The translations under genes were made by a program, and so were the position numbers. Of a stretch of DNA of 64,000 bases, positions 13,644-27,413 are shown piece by piece (the first letter of the stretch is position 1; each line of letters opens with the position of its first letter). The stretch comes from Vicugna vicugna. Taxonomy: Eukaryota. Location: NCBI GenBank assembly GCA_013265495.1, contig MU061538.1, positions 1,366,001-1,430,000 on the forward strand, written 5' to 3'. The notes under the pieces were generated by a model that did not search any database, was not told where the DNA came from, and saw only the letters and a list, made by a program, of their open reading frames with translations.

Positions 13644-14020
13644 GGTCACTGTTGTATAGCCACGAAGTTGTGACAACAAAGAAAAATATGGAAAGCGTTA
13701 AAAGTACCTGCTTCTTGAGTTTTGGGAAAAGAAAGAAACTTCCGGCACATCTCGCTGCAGGACCTGAAAGCTCTGGAGACGCCCTTCCTCCCCCCACCGC
13801 CTGCTGATCGTGGGTGCTCCGTGCAGGCACGTTTTAGAGGCTGGACTTCCAGGACGTGTCTTTGCCGAAACGCGATGGTAGGATATTTCCCTGCTACCCC
13901 ATGTAGTGTCTTCTTGTAAAGTGAAGAAGAGAGAAAATTCTGTTTACAAACCTTTATTTACAACACCTGTGATGGTGTTTTATTTACAAGACCGTGTGAT
14001 CACACAACCCGCCCCTCCCA

Positions 14021-14197
14021 GGACATGTCATCTGGTCACGTAACCCCCGCTCCAGGACGTAAGCATCGCGTGATCACGTAGCCCCCTCCTGGACGTAAGT
14101 GTCACGTGATCACGTAGCCCCCTCCTGGACGTAAGTGTCACGTGATCACGTAGCCCCCTCCTGGACGTAAGTGTCACGTGATCACGTAGCCCCCCCC
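14021..14197 (+). repeat. 36-bp minisatellite GGACGTAAGTGTCACGTGATCACGTAGCCCCCTCCT, running into an assembly gap
   Basis: Units start at 14055, 14091, 14127 and 14163 (36-bp period); a degenerate unit starts at 14021. Confidence 0.95.
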
Positions 14198-14240
14198 NNN
14201 NNNNNNNNNNNNNNNNNNNNNNNNNNNNNNNNNNNNNNNN
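14198..14240. other. Assembly gap (43 N)
   Basis: N run flanked by poly-C. Confidence 1.
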
Positions 14241-16419
14241 ACCCCCCCCCCCCCCCGGGACATGCGCATGAGGACACCCTTTGGTTTGCTCAGTCTCGCC
14301 GCACGGAGAGCAGGGCTCAGTGAACGTCTGTGGAACGAGTGATAAAGTCCGTAACAGCGAAACCAGTGCGATATTTGAGAGAAAAGTTGTCAAGGGCCCG
14401 TGTTTAGCATTGTTCTGAAACCAGAAGTCGCAAGCTGGAGACCCAAGGGAATGGTGACGGGGTGGCCTCCTTACCCCACCCCCCCACCAAGCTGTTGGCA
14501 CGCTGCTCCTGACACCTTAATACTGGTATTCCCAATTTTGCAGGAATAGTACCATGACATTTTAATGTTTTTCGTAAATGTCTGAGGAAGACTCTAGGCC
14601 TGAAAATGTAAAATTCATGCCTGGAAAAACTTGAAATCCTTCTGGTGACTCTGGGTGACAAGAAATTGGCCGTTTGACTAATGTTTTGTATCGATTTAGC
14701 GTGATGCCAGTGGACACAGGTGTGCCTGCCGCCTGTTCTTCACCTGCGAGCACCAGTGTTGGGCACAGGAGATAAATTGTTGCGGGAGGGGTCCCCTCCC
14801 CCTCTTCAGACTGAGCCCAAGTCTTCCCAGTGGCTGCACTGACACCTCTGCAGGGAGCCGGAGTGCTTTCCGGAGTTGTGTTTCTGCTGAGCTGTGCTTA
14901 TGTAAACACTGGACTGGGCACCTGTGTGGGCACCTGTCAGCTCTGCGTCCAGGTGGCTTTTGTCCACAGACCTGTGGGGAGGCCACGTTCCAGTCCCACC
15001 TGTCACCATGGAGTGCCATCTTGACTGGTCATTTCACATCCAGACCTCAGTCTCCTTGACCGTGGACCTGCAGTGGGTCAGCGCATCACTAACCATCCGT
15101 GTGCTGAGGGCTGTTTCTCAAGCAGGGCCTTCCCAGCGGGTTAGTTGCTACGTGGCGGGATGAGGAGCTAAGAGCTCACCCATTTGGGACACATTTGGTT
15201 CGTCGCAGCTGGATCACAGGACCGCTCGGAAACGGTAGCCGTTAGCCAGCATCCTGACTCCAGAGGGAGACAGCCCCGGTCCCCAGCGTGTCTGCCAGGG
15301 GACCGCGCAGCTCCCCTGGAGCCAAGCGCCAGCACCTGTGCCCCACCTGCCTAAGCGCGCTCCCTGCAGGGTCTCACCTGAGAAACGAGGTTATTTCCCT
15401 CTTTGGGGTGAGCGGCTTTTCACCACCACGCCATGGTTTGTGATTTTCCACCCAGCAGGGCACCTTTGGAAAGACCCCCGTCTACACAGCGTGCTGCCGT
15501 GTGGTGAGTGTGTGCGGGCCGAGGGCGGGCTCTGCTCTGACGGGCCGCGGTTTGTGACGGGCTCGCCGCGGCCCTGCAGGTGGAGATGCGGTGAGCGGGC
15601 GGCCGGAGGGGCGCCTTCCCGCGCTGGGCCTGTGCACGGGCGGCGGGACGCGCTGGTTCGGCCGCGTGTGCCTGAGGCCGGCGGCAGAGGTGCGGCGCCT
15701 GTCCTCTGGGGCTCCGGGGCTCTACCTGACGGTCCAAAGCCAGCAGACAGGTGGCGCCCTTAGTCGCACTCCCTTGTAAGTGTGCCCGTCCACGGACAGC
15801 TCTGCCCTGGGGGTCTGGAGGGTCTTCTGCAGCGGGTGGGGGGCAGGGCGGGGGGCGGGCGGCGGTCACAGATGTTACCTGAAGATGCCTGCGGGCGGAC
15901 CTCACGTCCACTTTTCTGAGAGATCCTTCACCGTTCAGTGCCTGTGCCTCCGCAGGAGAGGAGGCGGGGGCAAGTCCTCCGCGCGGCACGTGGCCCTGTG
16001 CCCCCCACTTCCTCCCTCGGCCCAGAGGAGCCCCTGCGTGAGCCGGAGGGCTTCCCCACCTGCCTCCTCCCTCGGCCTGCGCACAGGAGGGCCTCCGCGT
16101 GGGGAACAGGGCACCGGACTTCCTCCTTCAGCTGCCCTGATAGGGGTCACGCGCGGCTCCCTGAAGAGTCCGATGATGGGTAGACAGAAGGCGGGCTGGG
16201 CTGGGTTTGGGGAAAATTCTTCCCTATGGAAGCAGACGGGCCTCCTCATCCGGCAGCCTGGGGCCCCGCTCTGACCCGGTCCCGTGGAGACCACACCCTC
16301 TTCCCACCTGATCTCCTGCAAAGTTGTCACTCCTACTTTGGCTTTTGCTTAGTTTTAATTTTTCACAATATTAACATTTATTTAAGGTTATTTAATGGTT
16401 TCTTCACTGGTTTTATCTT

Positions 16420-16720
16420 TTTTTAAAAAAGACTTTTTTAAAGAGCTGTTCTAGGTTCGTGGCAAAATCAAAAGGGACACACAGATGGTGCCCCTGTACC
16501 CCCTTCGCCACACCCGTGTGCCTCTGCCCTTATCCACATCCCCACCAGTGGTACGTCTGTTACAGTCAGTGAAGCTGCTCTGACACGTGCGTACCGCGCA
16601 GAGCCGAGCTGACCTCAGGGTACACTCTTGGTGTCGTTTGTTCCGTGGGTTTGAACAGGTATGTGGTGGCTAGTGTCGCGCACTGTGATGTCAGACAGAG
16701 CATTTTCGCTGCTCTAAAAG
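16420..16720 (-). mobile_element. L1 3' UTR fragment (L1MA/MB-like)
   Basis: aagagctgttctaggttc...catccccaccagtggtacgtctgttacagtcagtgaagc...agggtacactcttggtgtcgtt..ttccgtgggtttgaaca. Confidence 0.75.
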
Positions 16721-19700
16721 CCTATCCTGACCTTGCCACAGGGTTTCAAGACCCTCTGGATGTCTCAGTGGCCTCCTTTAAGCTTTCAATGCTGTATCAG
16801 TGTCTCCTCTGCCTGATGCTGGACCAAACTGGGCCTCCTGGCGAGCACTGTCAGTATTGTCCCAGGGTCACTCTCGTCCCGTCTGCACAGACCGTCCCAC
16901 AGCCCCTTTGCTGGCTGCTCTGTATCTGCCTTGTCCACTGATTCTCCCAGCACACATTTGTTAATGGCCTGATGTGTGCTGGTTGCTGAGAACATGAGGC
17001 CCAGCCTTGGGGCTGAGGAAGGTAACAGTCTGCCATCAAATGGACCATGTTTAAATGCTGCCGTTCAGAAAACTTCCTTATTATTATTAATTATTGTTAT
17101 TATTTAAACACAAACTGCTGTCTTCAGTTTTCTCTAGATTCTGCAGTTGAGGTTTTGAAGAGCAGGACTTTTTAATATGGTCAGTTTCAGCTCGTTAGCT
17201 GTTTCTTAAAGCATGTCAAATATTTGTAACCCACGTACTGCTTCTCCCCAGCTTTGTCACGTACGCACTTGGTGGACACATTTCCTAAGTTTCCTCAGGT
17301 TGTTGGTGCAAGTATCCATCAGGCCAGGGTCACACACAGAGCCCTGTGTCCAGTCACTGGAGACTCCCTCCAGGAGAACGTGGATCAGCGCCGTGACCTC
17401 CCACACAGCTCAGCCGTTGTTTGTGTACTGTGTGGGGTCCTTTCCCAGGAGCTGGGTCTAAAACCGGACTGATTCGAAGCCCAGTTGTCTGTGCACATTG
17501 CTCCTCTGCTCAGTTGACTGTGGTGAGATTTCAGTCTCATCCAAGGTTCTCTTAAGCATTTTCCGATAAATACCCTGTGCTTTTGCGCAGGAAGGAGGCG
17601 GAGGCTCTGGTCATCATTCGTGGCAATAAAAGTGGCGCTTCTAGGTCCCTGCCCCCACACCCCTCCCTTCTCTCACAGAGCCTGGAATTTGTAGGAAACC
17701 GGCTATATTGAGAAACCAGAATTAGGTGTCTGGAGGGGTGCAGTTTCTTATGAGAGATTAGTTCAGAAGATCCACATGTGAACGGGGAAACCAGTCACCG
17801 AGGTAGAGTGTAGGTACCTTCTCGCTGTAACTGAGCGGGGAAGGGAAGGTCTTCACACAGTGTGAGGAGACGTGATTTATGCATTTTTCCAGCCTCGGGC
17901 CTGGGTTTGGGGGCACACCCAGACAAGTTAGTAAGGAGTTCAGAATACACCCCAAGTAACTTCAGGGCCTGACAGGGCTCCGTGAGAGCCAGGGGCCCCT
18001 CACTCTGGCTGGGTCTGTGTCCCCGGGCACTGGGCTGGCCAAGGGGCAGCTCAGCGACGAGACTGGCCTAGGCGGGGCTCACGCATCTCTCAGTGAAGTG
18101 TGTTCTGCTAAACACGAGTCCAGGCCCACGGCGTCCTCGCCTGGCCTGGCCTGCATGCTGGTGCCGCCTGGAGTTGCGTGGCCTCGCTTTCTTGGCTGAT
18201 TTTCAGGTCTGTGGGCATGTGAGGAGCAGAGGGTAGGAAGCAGAAAAAGTACCCAAAGCTGGAGAGGCCCTGGGGGGGTGTCTCCCCACCCCCACTGTAG
18301 TTGAGACTTAGGGCTGCACGGTCTGTCAGAAGTAGGACTGCCCCCCACTGAGATGCGTTCACAGCTCCCGGGGTGACCCTCGCACTTCTTGGTAAACACC
18401 GCTGTGGCCAAGCTCCTCCCAGCAGACTGGCCGCTGTTGTCACTGAGCGTTCCCCTCGCTGACGTTTGTGATGCTTACAGTCGTACATCTGTTGATGTGT
18501 ATACTTCTTATCGTCTTTCTTCCCGATTAGACTGTGAACCCTTGGTACCAGGGGTCATGCCGTGTTTTACATGTCTTGGCCCCCAGCAGAGTGTCGGATG
18601 CTTAGTAGGCAGTGAACTTTAAACCAAAGTTGAAATTAAAGTTGTGTGAAGATCTGAAGGTTAAATGTTGCCACAGGGACGGGCCATGGCTCCTTGTTTG
18701 TCAAGGGCGGATGATCCCTGGACAGTGTGAGCAGCACACTCCTTGTTCTGGGGGCACAGCTAACACAGAGCGTTCCAGAGTTGAGCAGACAGGTGAAAGA
18801 TGAAAGGAGGACAACCAAAGATTAGTCAAAAGTCAGAGGTTTGCGAAGTGTCTGCTGCTTCGTCCTGGGACCGCAGGCACAGAGGAAAGGGACAGGCGGC
18901 CGCCTGTTCCCCCTGTCACGGGGCCACGCCCTGGGGCAGGAGATGGGCAGTAATGAGATCAGTGCTGTCGTCCCCCCGCACACATGGGCGCTGCTTTATT
19001 CGTTGGTTCGTCACTTGAACGAGTATTTTCTGAGCACCCCGCTCTGTACTGGGCATCAGGGTACAGCAGTGAACAAGCCAGAAGAGCCCTTCTCTTCTGG
19101 GAGCGTTTGTTCCCATGTAATAAGAAAGACAATCAACAAAAACATGAGTAAAATCCATCTCACGGCAGATACCGTTAGTCAGGGCGTGTTGGTGGGGCAG
19201 GGTGCAGTTCTAAACAGCCGCTTACTTTTCTACGAGGTCAAGGAGAAAGCTGCTGCCTGAAAGTTTGGGGTGAGGGAGGTGTGAGGATTTCCACAGAGAG
19301 GATGAGGTATGGAAATGTTAGCAATGAAAACACAAGAACGACTGGGAGCCAAGTAGGATCGCCTGGTGGCTTGAGTGTCCCTTAGGGGCCGGCGGTCACA
19401 CGGCGTCAGCCGTGGTGAGGCGGTCCCCCCCCCCCCCCCCGGGCTCTGGTGCGCGGACAGCTCAAGCGGACAGTTGGGCTTCGCGGGCCCCAGGGACGCT
19501 CCAGAGAAGCAGAATCTGAGCTAATCAATTGAGAGAGATGGGCAGGGTAGGGACAGGTATTTGTAAAGGTGGCGTTAAATCCCAGAGTCCAGGCTGGGAA
19601 CGGAGAGGCGGAGGAGCCGGACGGGGACGAGGGTGAACGAGCAGGCTGGGGAGCCGGGGCGTCCGCGAGGCAGGCGGGTGGGTGGGAAGTTGGCGAGGAG

Positions 19701-19874
19701 GCGCGTGGGGGGAAATGTTTGACGGTGAGACTTGGGGGGTCGTGCGGCCCTTGGTGACGCCCAAGTCGAGACCTGACCTCTTGAGAGGGGTCTCAGGAGG
19801 GCGCAGGATGTGATCGTCAGAGCCGAGAGGGTCAAGGAAAGAAAAGCTCGGGGTGTTAGACGGGCCGTTTAAAG

Positions 19875-20084
19875 CAGTGACTCCTTGTGAGGGTGTCGTC
19901 CCACTCCCACCCCTGCCCCGGGGTGTCTGGTAACGTCCGGAAGTAGTTCTGGTTGTCGTGGTCGGGAGGCGCTGCCTGGTGGGCTGAACCCAGGGCTGCT
20001 GGCCAGCATCCTCCAGTGCACAGCGGGGCTTCACGACAAGTCACCTGCCCAGGTGTCAGCAGGCACTGCTGCTGAGAAGCCCTG
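19875..20084 (+). mobile_element. MER20-like hAT DNA transposon relic
   Basis: CAG..CTG termini; ccagggctgctggccagcatcctccagtgcacag and gctgagaagccctg match recalled MER20. Confidence 0.75.
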
Positions 20085-20264
20085 GTATACGGTGACGTCC
20101 CGGTCGCGGACTGAGTCCAGGGCCGGGCAGACAGGAGGCCGCAGGTCGGTGTGGGAGCCGACCACGAAGGAGGGGCGTGGCCAGAAGGGCAGGAGAGGGT
20201 CCCGCAGTTGGATCCCATGTCCCTGAATCCATTTTTAAATCTTGTTTCTTTAAATGTGTTGTTT

Positions 20265-20510
20265 GCTTTTTCTTTTAAATTTTTTATTGAAGTGTAGTCG
20301 ATTTACAGTGTTGGTTTCAGGTGCACAGCAAAGTGATTCAGTTGCACGTATACGTCCATGTATAGTTTCTTTTCAGAATCTTTTCCATTTTAGGTTATTA
20401 CAAGATACTGAATACAGTTCCTTGTGCTGTACGGTAGGACCTTGCTGTTTATCTTGTATACAATAATGTGTGTCTGTTAATCCCCACCCCTTAATTTGTT
20501 CTTCCCCTCT
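20265..20510 (-). mobile_element. Artiodactyl L1 3' end
   Basis: tttttattgaagtgtagtcgatttacagtgttggtttcaggtgcacagcaaagtgattcag...ttgtgctgtacggtaggaccttg. Confidence 0.9.
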
Positions 20511-21319
20511 TTGCTGTTTTTTTTTTAAAGAGAAGAGGACAGCGGTTTGGGGTGGCAGTGAGTGCCTGGAGAGGGGTGTGAGGGGTGAGATGTGAGAAGT
20601 CTAGGGGAGCGGTGTCCTCTGTACGCCAGGGTGCAGTGAGAGCAGGAAGGGAAGGTCCAGGGGTGGGGAGGAGGCAGGTGAGAACTCCTGGGTGGCAGAG
20701 GGGAAAGGATGGAAGGACGGAGAGCGGGGTGGTGGAGTCCCATCTGGGGGTGCAGAGTCGCGCGGGGAGGAGAGCCGCGGAGATGGGTGGATGGGTGGAT
20801 GGGAAGCGCGCTGAGCTGTGTCTTGAGATCCTCGAGGCCTTGGGGACTGGGGACCTTGGGGCAGCTGAACCATCCCCAGAGCAGGGTGACCAAAGGCCTG
20901 GGGGACGGCGTCACCCACAAACAGAGGTGCCGTTTCAACCTACGATAGATGAGCCGCTGGTTGGTTTGAGGAAGAATGGGAGTTTCCCGTTCTGAGTTCA
21001 CTTGGAGAGCATAATGGACTTCATTGGAGGTAATTTATGTCAATGCCAAGCTAACGAGGGCGAGGAGGAGAAGTGCTTCGCATTCCAGGTGGACTTCCCG
21101 TAACTGCCTCCACTCGTTCTCATCAACCATTTATGACATGCACTTGGAGAAGACATTCTAGCGAGTAAATGTAGATGACGGGCTCTTCGGGAATCCTGGA
21201 GCAAAAGGAAAAGCACCCTGGTGCTGGAGGGGCGGGTGAGGACGGCAAGTAGGTGTTGTTGAAAACTTTCTTAACCTACTGAACACTTAGAGGCCTTCGG
21301 GAACCTTAATCTCTCCTTA

Positions 21320-22105
21320 ATTTCATCATATTTTAATGACATTATCATGAAATGTAACATACATATGGAAAAGTGCACTAAGTGTGAATGTACGTTTAGG
21401 TTAATAAATAATTATACACAAAAGCATGTATCCACGACCCCACCAGACTGCCCCCCGTCTCTGCAGCGTTTATGGTCATTATTTTCTTACTTTGTGTTTC
21501 TTTGTAGTTTCACCACCATATACTCCCCCCGAACCATGCAGTGTAAAGACATCCATGTTTTACTTTGGAGTGATTGTCCTACAGTTGCCGTTCCTTTGTG
21601 TCTTGCTTCTCTTGCTATCGTGTTAATGAAATTTGTCCGTCACACTGCACGTCACCGCAGTTTATTTTTATTTCCGTATAGTTTCATGTTCATTTCTGTG
21701 TAGTTCCCCACTGTAGAACATGCCCAGTGCTTGCCATGCGTTTACATGTAGGCTGTGTCTGTAATGACAAAGTGATTCATACCAAAGTGTATTTATATTT
21801 ATCGTATGTATTTACAAAATGTATTTGCCCACTCTTCTGCTGATTGCTGTTTAGTTGTTTCTAGGTTTTGACAATTACACGAAACACTGCAGAGAACATT
21901 CTTTTTCATGGTCATGCTGCAAGATACCTGAGATGGAGGAATAAATAAAGATTGGATTGTAGGATTGAAGAGTGTATATGGTCAACATTCTAGGTTGAAC
22001 GCGTATGTAGCTCCCTAAGTGGTGAAGCAGTTTTCACCTCCGCCAGCAGTGATCAAACTTCAAACACCCCACGTCTCCCCAGCACGCGGCGCCGTCAGTC
22101 TGGTG
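21320..22105 (-). mobile_element. Ancient L1 (L1ME-like) 3' fragment
   Basis: atgaaatgtaacatacatatggaaaagtgcac...ttagttgtttctaggttttgacaattac...gaacattct...cacctccgccagcagtg. Confidence 0.7.
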
Positions 22106-24012
22106 GGGTAGGGGGCTGTTTCCTCAGGAGTATTTCTTTTTCTTCTGTGTTTTCCTTAATTGTTACTGTATTGTATTCATCCAGACACACAGCAGTGATA
22201 GCCAGCTTCCTTTTAAAGCTCAGAATTAAATATTAAGCCTTTTCTTCTCGTTTTAAATTTATATTCTCCTACTGGGAAGAAAAGAGGCTGACCTTCTGTA
22301 AAGAGCAGACCCCCTACCACGATCAGCTGGGCCAGAAAAGTGGTCAGTTCCCTCCCAAGGCCAGGCGCTGGCAAGCTGGGACCAGGTGACCCTATCGTTA
22401 ATGCCACAGTGCAGTGAAGGGGCACTCGTCCTAATCCAGGTGAGGAAGAGCAGCAAGGAAGGGACATTTGTTCCAGAAACGGGTTTTCTGAAGATTCCCA
22501 GTTCATCAGTTTTGCTTTTTTACCTCAAGTGAATTTTGGGAGGGGAAGCAATCTTAACACAAGCTTGAAAGTCTTGCCTGTGGGAGGCGATCATGGTGGC
22601 CTTTCTGAGAAGGGGCTGTTGGCAGGTTTAAGTGACTCCCCTGATGGTGCTTTTCAACTTCCTGTTCTCCTTGGTGTGGCTTCAGAGTCTGAGAGATCTC
22701 CGTAGGCAAGCCTGGCGTGGTCCGGTCCACTGGACTTTCTCCAGGTTCTCTAAGAACACCTACTGGGAAAATCAAAGGAGCAGAAATAGCTAATCCTAGT
22801 TCAGGTCAGACGTGGGGACCAGGAAGTACCAGTTTGATCATAAGGCAAGACTCACAATATGTGGAAATTCAAGTTTGTGGTAATGGCAGAAAAATTTTAT
22901 CAGATTAACTCATAGATAATCATTACAAAAGTGGAACAACACAGATTAAAACAAAACTTTCGATGTCGGTGGAGGGTAACTGATAACGGGCAGAAGCTGG
23001 AGAGGCCTCTACTCTTCGAATACAGGCCACAGAGTTGGCTGAATTTTTGAGTTCACACCTTTCTGCTTGAGGGTCCTCCCTAATTCCTGGTCTGGGGTTT
23101 GGACAGCAGAAACCTGCAGTGTTTCTGGATGGAGATGCCAGAAGAGAGGCTGGAGCTGGGTGACCGTCTAGAAAGTTAGGGGAAAATGGTGAAAGAGAAG
23201 TGCCCCTAACTGGCTCCTCCAGTCCACCCAGATCATTGACTGGCTGCTAAACTGCGCCGTGTGCAGCGGAACCCACACTCTGGTGACAAGGCAGCATCTG
23301 AAAGGCAACATAATTAAACAGAGTTTAGTTGTTTCCCACTGCGGAGTGTGGGGTTTGAGCCCAGCCAAAGTGCCTGCAAAGATAAAACCTATTCTCCAGA
23401 GGAGAACTAAGTAATTCCGGGACTCTGCAGCGTTTCGTCCCCAATGACTTGTACTTAATAATAATTTAAAAGACTAGGCACGTGAAGAAACAGGAAAACG
23501 GGGCTCATGCTTAAGAAAAAGAAGCAGCAACTAGCAGCCAAGCCCAGGTGAACCAGACGCTGTAGTGAGACACAGACGCTCCGATGCACCTGGTCGTGCG
23601 TGTGCTGGACGTGAAGGAAGACAGCTGCAGAGTGAGTGAGTAGCTGGGGAGCCCTGGCTGAGAGCTATAATTAGAAATTACAGACCTCAGGTACTCAACA
23701 GCAGAAGTGAAATATGCGCAGAGGTGACCTAACAGAAGAACGAAGATGGCAGAAGAATCAGCAAACTTGAAAACAGTACAACAGAAATGGTCAGTTCTGA
23801 AGAACAGAAAAGGCACTGAAGAAAATGAGCACAGCCTTCAAGGCCTGTGATTAAATATGAAGTCTAATATTTCTGTAATTAGAGTCATAAAGAGACAAGG
23901 AAGATACTGGAAGGGAAGAATGTAACTGAAGAAATAATAGTTTGAAATGTCCTAAATTTGATTAAAGACACCAAGTTACAAATCCAAGAACCCAAATAAT
24001 TTCAAGTAGGAT

Positions 24013-24015
<3 letters not shown>

Positions 24016-24046
<31 letters not shown>
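24016..24046 (+). repeat. (AC)15 microsatellite inside the L1
   Basis: Read directly. Confidence 0.97.
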
Positions 24047-24047
<1 letters not shown>

Positions 24048-27000
24048 CTAGGCATTCCATAGCTAAGCTGCTGAAATCCAGATCTAAATAGGAAATTTTA
24101 AAAAGCAATTAGAGGAAAATGACATGTTACAGAAGGCAAATGATTATATTCATTATAGAGATTTCTTCCCAGAAACAATAGAAGCCAGAAGACAATAGAA
24201 TGACATTTTTTAAACGAGGCAGCGAAAAAAGTCTGTCAGCCTCAGATTCTGTATCCATGAAGCTAGTCTGCAGCGCCGAGCAGGGATGTGCCAGGACTGT
24301 GTGGCGCAGTCCAGCAGCCGCGGGTGGAGGCATCTGAGCACTTAGATGGGGGGGGGGTCTGAATGAGATGTAAGATGTGCAGATGTGCCTATTTCAATGC
24401 AAGGTATATGATAGATGTACTAAAAAATGCATGTATGTATACACGTATGATGAGATGTACTTAAGATACAGAGATATAAGGTAATAATATGTAGAATGTA
24501 TAAATAGACTTGGAGGCAAAGCCTGTTGCCAAAGATGAAGAAGGACATTTCATGATAATGAAGAACTGTCAGCCAGACAGAATAATGACCAGCTTGTACA
24601 AGCTTGGTAACAGAGATTCAGAGCACTTGCACCACACAGCGAGAGAGATAAATACACTATGAAAGTAAAACTGTCGCCAGTCATCTATAAAACAACTAGA
24701 CAAAATCAGTAGACACAGAATTTCAATTATAAATTATGATTATAAGTCCATAGATTTAAACATTTATCCATTTAGATTGTAAATCTGAATTATAGGATCT
24801 GAGTGACTTAATTGACATTTATGGAAACTTTACCCCACACTGCAGAGCTCACATTATTTTCCAGCGTACATGGAATACTTACCACGATAATTCACGCGGG
24901 GCCATAAAACAACACTTAATCAGCTTCAGAAGATTGAAATGTTACGGAACGTGTCTTATAGTAACGATGGACGTGAGTTTGAAATCGATACAAATAAGAG
25001 CTCCAGAAAAGCCCCAAATAGTTTTGTATTAAATGATGTGCTTTAAAAATCCCCATGCATCAGGGAAGAAATCACAGTGAAGAAGAGAGAGAATTCACAC
25101 TGAATGACATGAAAATACTGCACAGCAGATGTTAAGGAACGTAGTTAAAGCAGTGCTCAGAGGGCAGTTTATAACTCCAAAACTCTTGTTTTAGAAAGGA
25201 AGTGACTTAAACCAATGGCCTAATTTTTCACTTTAAGAAACGAGAAAAAATGAGCACATGAAACCCAAAGTAACTAGAATCTGATAGAGTTAGCAGCAGA
25301 AATGGATGAACAAGTCAGGAACAGACGGGAACAGTTGGGAAGGTAGCCTAACTGGGTCTTGTGAAGATATTCATGCGACTCGTAAGCCCCTGGCAAAGAT
25401 GATTCAGAGAAAACATAATTTAATAATATCAGTAGTGAAAGAAGGGAGATTATCACGCATCCTTCAGGCATCAAAAGTGTAATAAGGAAACAAACAACTT
25501 TATGTGACTAAATTTGATAGACTTATTGACAGTTTGTCAATAAATGAAAATTGAAATGGACAAATTCCTAAAAAAATACAGCTTTTCAAAAATGGCACAT
25601 GATGAAAGGTAAGATCTGAATACGTTTGTGTCTATCAAAGACCTTAAACTTCCTTTCAGAATGATTTCCCACAAGGAGAACTGTAGGTGCAGGTGGTTTC
25701 ACTGGAGAGTTCTTTCAAACGTGTAAGGAAGAAATATTGCCAGTCCTATAATATTCTTATAGAAAACAGAGAAAGGAGAATTTCCAACCTATTTAATGAG
25801 GGCAGCATAATAATGGTGATACCCAAACCTGACAGAGGAGTCACAGAAAAAGAAAATTTAGACCAGTGTCTTTTAAGAACATTGATGCTGAAGTCTTTAA
25901 CAAAATGTTTGCACATTGAATCCAGTAATTCATAAAAAGGATATGTCATGACGAAGTGCTCTTTGTTCTGGAAATGTGAATTTGGTTTAATATTTGAAAA
26001 TCGATATAATCCAGTGTTGTAATTGAATTTTTAAAAAGTAATAGAGTCATTTCAGTAGATGCAAAAAAAAAAGCATTTGGTAAAAATTAAAACCCATTCA
26101 AGACAAGAATTCTCAGGAAACTAAGGATAGTAGGGGACTTCCTCCGTCTGATAAAAGGCATCTCCAGAAACCGTCCTGCGACATCATGCTTAACACTGAG
26201 ACACTGAGTGCTCTTCCTGAGACTGGGCACGACTCGAGGATACCATTGTCACTTCCGTTCAGCAGTGTGCTGGGGGTCCTACCCAGTATAGAGCGGGAAG
26301 AAAAAGAAATTAAAAGCACACATATTAGAAATGAGGAGGTGAAATCACCCCATTCCAGACAACTGCAATGCTTGCACAGAAAATCCTGAATTATTGACAA
26401 GCACCACAACAATTATTTATTAGAACAAATACATGCCTTTAACAAAGTCTCAGGAAAAGGTCAATATTTAAAAATACAGTGGAATGTCTGTATGCTAGCA
26501 GCAACTAGTTGAAAAATAAAATAAAAATTTTTTGTGTAACAGCATCAAAAGAGCATCAAACACTTAGAAGTAAAGTTGACAAAAGACGTGCAGCACATGT
26601 GCACTGAAACCACAGAACCTTGCGGAGAGCGAGTAGGGGCTGCCTGAGCGAGGGAAGGACGCGTGCTGGGCTTGTGGGAGGCTTGAAGGCTCACTGTGGC
26701 CCGATGTCACCCACCTCTGAGTTAGTCTGGATTTTTAAGCACAACCCCAATCTTAATGCCATAAAAATGCAAGTAGTTGGTTCTAGCACTGATGTCGGAG
26801 CACAGGAGACACAGACTGGCCTCCAGGCTGAGAGAGGCGTTGCTACCTGACATCGTGACTCACTGGAAAGCACGGCAGGCAAGCAGTGCGGTCTCAGTCT
26901 GAGAGTGTGTAGGCCGGCCGTGGGCAGAACAGACATCCTAGGGCCCACACACACGTGGGCACTTGATTCTTGACCAAGACATCTAAAATGTTCAGTGGAA

Positions 27001-27413
27001 AAGTTAAGGTTTTTGAACAATATTATTGGAATAACTTGAAGCCCATATGGGGAAAAAAAGAAACTTGGCTTACCTCACATCATAAACAAAATTTAATTTG
27101 AAGTGGACCTTAGATATGAAAGTAAAACAAACTGTGAAGTGTTTAAAAGAAGACATCGCAGGACGTCTCTGTGGCCAGGAGGTCGGTGAAGGTCTGCACA
27201 GGCTGCAGGAGGACTCAAAGGGGAAATTCTGGTGGACTTCATCAAGAAAACCCTTTCCTGCACGTTGAAAGTACAGTTTAAAAGAGAGAACGAGCAAATC
27301 TAGACGAGGGGAAACTATTCTCACTGCATGCAGGTGACCAAGGGCTTGTGTCGAGAATATAACTCATACTCAGTAACAGAAAGAAAACGACGTATTTAAA
27401 AAAATAGACAAAA

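Noticed and set aside
14055..14197. 36-bp repeats as a CRISPR array
   Set aside because: Units are head-to-tail with no unique spacers, there are no cas genes, and the DNA is mammalian.
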